Below, piece after piece: positions 56,860 to 64,000 of a stretch of 64,000 bases of DNA (position 1 is the first letter of the stretch; each line of letters opens with the position of its first letter). The DNA is from Eledone cirrhosa (taxonomy: Eukaryota). A program made the position numbers and the translations under genes. Below the pieces are notes generated by a model that had not been told where the DNA came from, did not search any database, and worked only from the letters and a program-made list of their open reading frames with translations. The stretch covers positions 149,420,001 to 149,484,000 of the forward strand of contig OZ024742.1 of assembly GCA_964016885.1 (NCBI GenBank). Reading direction: 5' to 3'.

Positions 56860-57046
56860 CAAAGGAAATGTGGTAAGGAACCAGGTGGACCATAACGCAC
56901 CAAAGTACTCAATACTTAGGGTAGTAGAGTGGGTAATAGGAACAAGTAAGACTCCGACGGCTGAGCTCAAGCCGTTTCGACGGCTAATTCTGGATTAGCC
57001 GTCGAAACGGCTTGAGCTCAACCGTCGGGGTCTTACTTGTTCCTAT
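56858..57046 (-). mobile_element. Hairpin-ended hammerhead-half element, copy 3
   Basis: Reverse complement of the 12557 element. Palindrome 56936-57046 with 53-bp arms and a 5-nt loop. (TA)n on both sides. Confidence 0.8.
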
Positions 57047-57269
57047 ATATATATATATATATATTTATATATACCTACATACAGACATACATAGATACAT
57101 ACATTCATGCACACATGAATACATACATACATACATGCATACATGCATGCATGTATGTATGTATGTATACGTACGTACAATATCGGCATACATAGATACA
57201 TACATTCATGCATACATGCATAAGTACATACACATACATGCACATATACATACATGCATCCATGCATAC

Positions 57270-57450
57270 ATACATGTTTATATGCATACATGCATTCATA
57301 CATGTTTATATGCATACATGCATTCATACATGTTTATATGCATACATGCATTCATACATGTTTATATGCATACATGCATTAATACATGTTTATATGCATA
57401 CATGCATTCATACATGTTTATATGCATACATGCATTAATACATGCATTCA
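57270..57450. repeat. 28-bp minisatellite (ATACATGTTTATATGCATACATGCATTC)
   Basis: About 6 tandem units embedded in CATA/CATG repeats. Confidence 0.8.
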
Positions 57451-57549
57451 TACATACTTACATACATACTTACGTTCAATAACCTCTGTATTCCAATATA
57501 GCAATATCTTAGCATCTTTGCCAAAGAGCACCACATCTTAATTTCAACA

Positions 57550-58490
57550 CCACTACCCCCCCCCCCCCCCTCCAGCAGTACCATCAGCACCACCACCACC
57601 GCCGCCGCCGCCGCCACCACCATCACCATCACTACCACCAATAACAGCAGCAGTGCAACCACAACTAGCACCACCAGCACCAGCACCCTCCCATCTAACC
57701 ACACACACCACCAGCAGCACCACTACCACCTCCACCACCAGCAACACCACCACCAACACCACCACCTCCACCACCTTCACACCACCAGCAGCACGATCAC
57801 CGCAAAAACCACTATCACCACCACCACCACCTTCACACCACAAGCAGCACCACTATCACCACCACCACCGCCAGCAACACCACCACCAACACCACCACCT
57901 CCACCACCTTCACACCACCAGCAGCAGCACCACCACCAGCAACACCACCACCAACACCACCACCTCCACCACCTTCACACCACCAGCAGCACCATCACCA
58001 CAACTACCACCACCACCACCACCACCAGCAGCAGCAGCACCACCACCACCAACACCAGCACCTCCACCACCTTCACACCAGCAGCAGCAGCACCACCACC
58101 AACACCACCACCAACAGCACCACCACCACCACCACACACACCGCCACCACTACCACCACCACCACCACCACCTACACCACACCACCTACACCATCAGCAG
58201 CACCCTCCCATCTCACCACACACACACACCAGCAGCACGACCACCACCACCACCACCACCACCGCCACCACCATCACTAACACCACCGCCGCCGCCGCCA
58301 CCACTACCACCACTACCACCACCACCACCACCACCACCACCACCATCACAAACACCACTAACACCACCACCACCGCCACCGCCACCACCACCACCACCAC
58401 CACCAGCAGCACCCTCCCATCTCACCACACACACACCACCACCACCACCGCCGCCGCCACCACCATCACAAACACCACTAACACCACGAC
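57550..58490. repeat. (CAC/CAG/CCG)n low-complexity tract with internal duplications
   Basis: Directly visible. Confidence 0.9.
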
Positions 58491-59014
58491 AGGTGTTGCT
58501 ACAGTACTGAATATCTCACCTTAACAGAAGATGTTCTGACAGAGGATGAAAGTCAAATGAATTTGAAATATATATTTATATTTTTCTTTATTGGAGACTT
58601 GCCAACCCAACAACAACAAAAAGAAAAGTTATAAAGAATGAAGAAAAAAAAAAAAAAAAGATAAAAAGAAAGTTCTCAGAAACTGCAGACTTTTGGTAAC
58701 TGCGTAGAAAAAAGGAGTAGTAGGAGGTGACAGATAGAGAGAAAACAAGGGTGAGACGAGAAGAGAGAAAGAGAGGGAGAGTGAGGGAGTGAGCGAAAGA
58801 GAGAGTGAGTGAATGAGAGAGCGAGAGAGAGAGAGAATGAGTGGGATGGAGAGTGAGTGAAAGAGAGATAGAGATAGAGGAGAGGGAGACGAGATGAAAA
58901 GGGGTATCAGTCTGGTATGAAGAGAGACGAAATGAGAAAGATTTGGTAAGATAGAAAGATAAAAATAAAAAGGGATAGATGGTGAGTTAGGGAGCTGATT
59001 ACGTATGATAGAGG

Positions 59015-59051
<37 letters not shown>

Positions 59052-59178
59052 AAAGTTTTATTTAAAATTGTTGGGTTACAACGAATAAATATTTTATAAC
59101 TGGTATAAAGCACTCAACAAGTTTTGGAGTAGATATACGATATTAAACAAATGGAAACTATATTTATAAAACCATATT

Positions 59179-59244
59179 TATTTCATTATACATATTTCAG
59201 GGATACCATATTAGAAATATGGCATGCCTTCTTCAGATAAAATA
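59179..59244 (-). ncRNA. Type I hammerhead ribozyme, mirror copy in the left arm
   Basis: Reverse complement of 59379-59444. Confidence 0.85.
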
Positions 59245-59378
59245 CAATATATAAGCAGTTTTATAAATAAATTTGACGTACCATAAATATTGTTCAACTT
59301 CCATTTAAAAAAGTTGGTTTGGAAGTTGAACAATATTTATGGTACGTAAAATTTATTTATAAAACTGCTTATATATTG

Positions 59379-59444
59379 TATTTTATCTGAAGAAGGCATG
59401 CCATATTTCTAATATGGTATCCCTGAAATATGTATAATGAAATA
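59379..59444 (+). ncRNA. Type I hammerhead ribozyme, intact core
   Basis: UAUUUUAU-CUGAAGA-AGGCAUGCCAUAUU(UCU)AAUAUGGUAUCCCU-GAAA-UAUGUA-UA|AUGAAAUA. 8-bp stem I, 13/14-bp stem II, short near-palindromic stem III, AUA cleavage triplet. Confidence 0.85.
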
Positions 59445-59484
59445 AATATGGTTTTATAAATATAGTTTCCATTTGTTTAATATC

Positions 59485-59520
<36 letters not shown>

Positions 59521-59570
59521 ATAATAATTATGAAGACCAAAATCCGAAGAGGGCTCGATAAGGATTATGT

Positions 59571-59626
<56 letters not shown>

Positions 59627-60076
59627 GTACTAAGAGTGAGAAATGAAATTTCTTTCATTTTTTCCGTTTATCGTTTTCGGTACCCCGGCCGATTAACTCA
59701 CTCGATATGCAAATTAGGCTGCTCAGCCGTTAATATGCATAAGGAAAGTATATACTTTCAGACGTTCATTCATCTGGCAGGAAGGTATACGTTGCTGACG
59801 ATAGCTAATAAGCTTGAAACTAGTACAGCGTTCATTTGTCAGTGTTGAACAAATGAGCAACGATGGCTGCTGGACACTACGGCTTAATACGGGCTGTTTG
59901 TTTACAAACACACCGAGCATTATAATAAATGTTCGGTGAATCCATACGTACATATATATATGTGTGGATGTATGTATATATATATACATACTATTGTACG
60001 TCTGTTTACTTATATGTATGTACGTATACATACTTATATATATACATATACATATATATATATAATCCTGATCGAG

Positions 60077-60120
<44 letters not shown>

Positions 60121-60158
60121 GAACCGCAGGGCAAATATATATTATAAGTACAGATTAA

Positions 60159-60208
60159 AGTTTAAGCAAAGAATCGCTGCTCTCACCCTTTTAGGGGATC
60201 TTCTGAAA
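60159..60208 (-). ncRNA. Hammerhead-like motif, CAGAAGA variant, with GAGA in place of GAAA
   Basis: UUU-CAGAAGA-UCCC CUAAAA GGGU-GAGA-GCA(GCGAUUCUU)UGC-UU-AAAC. Homologous to 8614-8664. Confidence 0.55.
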
Positions 60209-60224
60209 GGATAGGCTTTTGATT

Positions 60225-60430
60225 TGATTTTGGGAAAAGGCCAACAATTTGGGGATGGGGGAGTCGATTAAATCGACCCCAGTGGGTTACTGGTACTTTA
60301 TTTTATCGATCCCATAAGGATGAAAGGCAAAACTCACTTCAGCAGGATTTGAACTCAGAACTTAAAGGAACGTAAATATATGCCGCAATGCATGTCGTCC
60401 GACGCTCTACTGATACTGCCAGTTTACCGC
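60225..60430 (-). mobile_element. SINE family A (diverged)
   Basis: Core, B box and A box are recognisable. Confidence 0.85.
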
Positions 60431-60660
60431 TTATATATATCAGACACATACGTGGATATATACATACACACACAATAAACTACACATAAACTTACACACA
60501 CTCATATGCGCTCACACATGCACACACAAAAGCTCAGAAGGATTCCCAGACACATAGGTGTATACACGCACACAGAAACGTGCTCACACAAACAATGCAA
60601 AAAAAACAAAAAAACAAAAAAGCTTATAGACACGCACGGGTACACACACACACACACACA

Positions 60661-60714
<54 letters not shown>

Positions 60715-60819
60715 GACACGTGCACACACAGAAAACTACATTTAAAAATCTCACAGACACACACACGCGCATTTCCATCAATGTTACATAAACCACACAC
60801 ATAGTCTAAAAAAAAGTCT

Positions 60820-61090
60820 AAAGTCTGTCTTAAGCCAGAAGGCTCATTTGGCCGGTGCTTATCCCGGTTTCATGGCGTGAAGCGACTGAGAATACAAGAC
60901 TCCCCCTGGACAGGACGCCAGTCCATCGCAGGGTTAAACCTCCAGCTATTGCTGGTACTCATTTTCAGCTGAGTATACTGGAGCAACGTGAAATGAAGTG
61001 TTTTGCTCAAGAACACAACACGCAGCCCAGGAATCGAACCCACGACATTATGATCGCAAGTCCAACACTCTTACCACTAGGCCAGGTGCC
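60820..61090 (-). mobile_element. SINE family B variant
   Basis: Minus strand TGGCCTAGTGGT..GGTTCGATTCC..TTCTTGAGCAAAACACTTCATTTCACGTTGCTCCAG, followed by a GGACTGGCGTCCTGTCCAGGGG segment. Confidence 0.8.
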
Positions 61091-61310
61091 TCCACACCAC
61101 ACACATAGACAGAAGCAATAATGCACACCCATGAAGTGTACTCCATCTGCACATACATAAGAACACTTATGACACACCTGGACTTTCCACCTTGGCCCTC
61201 ACTCCCGAATGCTGGACTACACGCCTACCACCCCCAGCTTTCTTAAAACTTGTTTTCCGAACGCCGATGTTCCAACCTTTTCTCTCTCTCTCTCTCTCAC
61301 CCCCCCCTCT

Positions 61311-61380
<70 letters not shown>

Positions 61381-61711
61381 TTTCCAGAGATTGACTGGGG
61401 AGATAGGACTGTCCGTCTTTCCGTAGTTTTTGTCCATTGTCTTTGTCCAGTGTGCCCCCTCTATTTTGAATATATATATATATTGAATATATCCCCCCCC
61501 CCACCCCAACTCTCAAGTGAACCTAATACGTAACACCTTTCGTAGCTGTACTCCTTGTTGTTGTTATTTACTTTTCCAATATATATATATATATATATAT
61601 ACAGTATTTTCCGTAGTGTTGTAATATAAATATTACACACAGTAGATGGACAGCTCACGTAGAGTTTGCTCGACGGTTCCAGTTGTAGTTCCAAAAGTAA
61701 TCCGGAGAAAA

Positions 61712-63001
61712 ATAGAAGGATTTAAATGGATACAGTTTAGTTAAAAGGAATTTATTGACACGTGTTTCAATAACAGTTATATAACCTGAAAACAGCTGCT
61801 ATCTACAAAGTATTAGTTATGCAGACATTCAATATTTCAATGTTATTATCAACTGTCATTTCATCAGAATAATTTTACTGAGGACCTGTTTGGTTTTTAT
61901 AGAGAATATTAGGAGGGAGGGGTGAAGTTGTTAGAAGAATAGTCGAGGGAGTGGTTTTTTGATAGCAGTGGGAATTTTTGGTGGCAGTGAGTAATTAGAT
62001 TCCCATCTGTTGTTTTGACATTTTTATAGAATATATTATTGGTTATTTTTCTAAATCTATAGAAGGATTAGAGATAGTATAGATATGCATGGTTGGTTTT
62101 GTGTTTGCACTTAATTAACATTCAGACTTAAATTTTTCTTTCAAGTGTACGTATCCTTTCGCCCACGCATTCACACACAAACATATATGCACACCTCTAC
62201 AAAATACATATACTCACATACACATACTTACATGCTCATACTTACATACATATACACATGCACATATATATATATATACATATATATATATACATGTACA
62301 TACATACGCATTCATGTGTATACATTTTCATACTCAACTTATCTGTCTATACGTGTGTATATAAAGATAAGTTGAGTATGAAAATGTATACACATGAATG
62401 CGTATGTATGTACATGTATATATGTATATATATATGTATATATATATATGTGCATGTGTATATGTATGTAAGTATGAGCATGTAAGTATGTGTATGTGAG
62501 TATATGTATTTTGTAGAGGTGTGCATATATGTTTGTGTGTGAATGCGTGGGCGAAAGGATACGTACACTTGAAAGAAAAATTTAAGTCTGAATGTTAATT
62601 AAGTGCAAACACAAAACCAACCATGCATATCTATACTATCTCTAATCCTTCTATAGATTTAGAAAAATAACCAATAATATATTCTATAAAAATGTCAAAA
62701 CAACAGATGGGAATCTAATTACTCACTGCCACCAAAAATTCTCACTGCTATCAAAAAACCACTCCCTCAACTATTCTTCTAACAACTTCACCCCTCCCTC
62801 CTAATATTCTCTATAAAAACTAAACAGGTCCTCAGTAAAATTATACTGATGAAATGACAGTTGATAATAACATTGAAATATTGAATGTCTGCATAACTAA
62901 TACTTTGTAGATAGCAGCTTTTTTCAGGTTATGTAACTGTTATTGAGACACGTGTCAATAAATTCCTTTTAACTAAACTGTATCCATTTAAATCCTTCTA
63001 T
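61712..63001. mobile_element. 1.29-kb palindrome (about 633-bp arms, 20-bp spacer) with a hammerhead motif near each outer end
   Basis: Arms 61712-62344 and 62365-63001 are reverse complements with only scattered differences. The right end abuts (TA)n. Confidence 0.88.
61752..61872 (-). ncRNA. Type I hammerhead ribozyme with a 72-nt loop II, intact core
   Basis: UUAUU-CUGAUGA-AAUGACAGUU[72 nt]AACUGUUAUU-GAAA-CACGUG-UC|AAUAA. Palindromic stem III and a GUC triplet. The mirror copy (+, 62841-62961) has GAGA in place of GAAA. Confidence 0.8.
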
Positions 63002-63131
63002 ATATATATATATCAAGATAAGCAGAACAAGTAAAAATTCAATCAATTTTTCAAAATAAATCAAAATTAATATACAATCAAAATTAATCAAAATTAAAAA
63101 ATATAATATAAATATTTACCTATTCTAATGG

Positions 63132-63209
63132 CCCTAACTGTACAGTTTCACGGTGCAAAACATTAAATATCACCAGGATATCAATGGAAAAGCAACGATC
63201 ATCAGAGAA
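63132..63209 (-). ncRNA. Type I hammerhead ribozyme (repeat 1)
   Basis: UUCU-CUGAUGA-UCGUUGC[35 nt]GCACCGU-GAAA-CUGUACAG-UU|AGGG. Stem III (ACUGUACAGU) is self-complementary. Stem II has one internal mismatch. Confidence 0.75.
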
Positions 63210-63659
63210 GCATTTTCCTGTCCTAGGGTTAAAAACCCCAGGAACGACAAAATATATGACCTCACTCCAACTAATACAGGTCTAAAAGGTCGTGAAAGTG
63301 ACCCGTAAATACATTGGTGTATAGTGAAGGCGGGAAATCGTAGACTCGCCGTCTATAGCTCGCCACTAAAAAAAGATTTTTAGTAACTAAATATAACGAC
63401 AAAATTTGTATCTCTACATATGGAGATTATTGAAAAAGGTTAATATATATCTGAGGGTACAATGTACCCCCGGAAATATATAGTGTGTCTATGATTTAAG
63501 GTGGTTCTATAGTAATAATTTGATATACCAGAACATAATATCAAGATAAGCAGAACAAGTAAAAATTCAATCAATTTTTCAAAATAAATCAAAATTAATA
63601 TACAATCAAAATTAATCAAAATTAAAAAATATAATATAAATATTTACCTATTCTAATGG

Positions 63660-63737
63660 CCCTAACTGTACAGTTTCACGGTGCAAAACATTAAATATCA
63701 CCAGGATATCAATGGAAAAGCAACGATCATCAGAGAA
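63660..63737 (-). ncRNA. Type I hammerhead ribozyme (repeat 2)
   Basis: Same sequence as 63132-63209, 528 bp away. Confidence 0.75.
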
Positions 63738-64000
63738 GCATTTTCCTGTCCTAGGGTTAAAAACCCCAATATATATATATATATAAATGTAAGTATGTAT
63801 GTATGTATACGTACATACATATATGTATACAGACGTACAGTAGTATGTATATATATATACATACATGCACACATATATATATGCACGTATCGGTTTACCG
63901 AACATTTATTATAATGCTCGGTTTGTTTGTTTGTAAACAAACAAACAGCCCGAATTACGCCGTACAGTGTTTAGGCAACCACGTCACCTTTTTGTTCAAC

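Larger units (their letters stand above)
59133..59490. mobile_element. Palindromic element (171-bp arms, 16-bp spacer) with a hammerhead in each arm
   Basis: Arms 59133-59303 and 59320-59490 are almost exact reverse complements. The right end runs into (TA)n. Confidence 0.85.
63013..63768 (-). mobile_element. Retrozyme-like/pLTR element: 228-bp direct repeats, 528-bp period, no ORF, in (TA)n
   Basis: 63013-63240 matches 63541-63768. Each repeat carries a hammerhead motif. TA tracts on both sides. Confidence 0.82.

Overview
Eukaryotic, AT-rich, repeat-dominated DNA with no confidently identifiable host gene. The SINE/LINE repertoire and dense (TA)n, (CA)n and (CAC)n microsatellites suggest an invertebrate animal, probably a cephalopod such as Octopus (inference). 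Contents: a nearly intact Tx1/L1-clade LINE (1-4880); RTE, CR1-like and Penelope-like (PLE) retroelement fragments; a Helitron Rep fragment and two putative non-autonomous Helitrons; several MITEs; and more than 20 tRNA-derived SINE copies. Almost all other ORFs in the track are microsatellite translation artefacts. The most interesting signal is a set of non-coding elements next to (TA)n tracts that carry type I hammerhead ribozyme (HHR) motifs, folded here by eye. They include a 528-bp-period direct repeat with two HHRs (retrozyme-like, 63013-63768) and two palindromes with an HHR in each arm (59133-59490; 61712-63001). There is also a three-copy hairpin family whose fold-back centre is the HHR stem II, plus a CAGAAGA-core variant family and several decayed HHRs.
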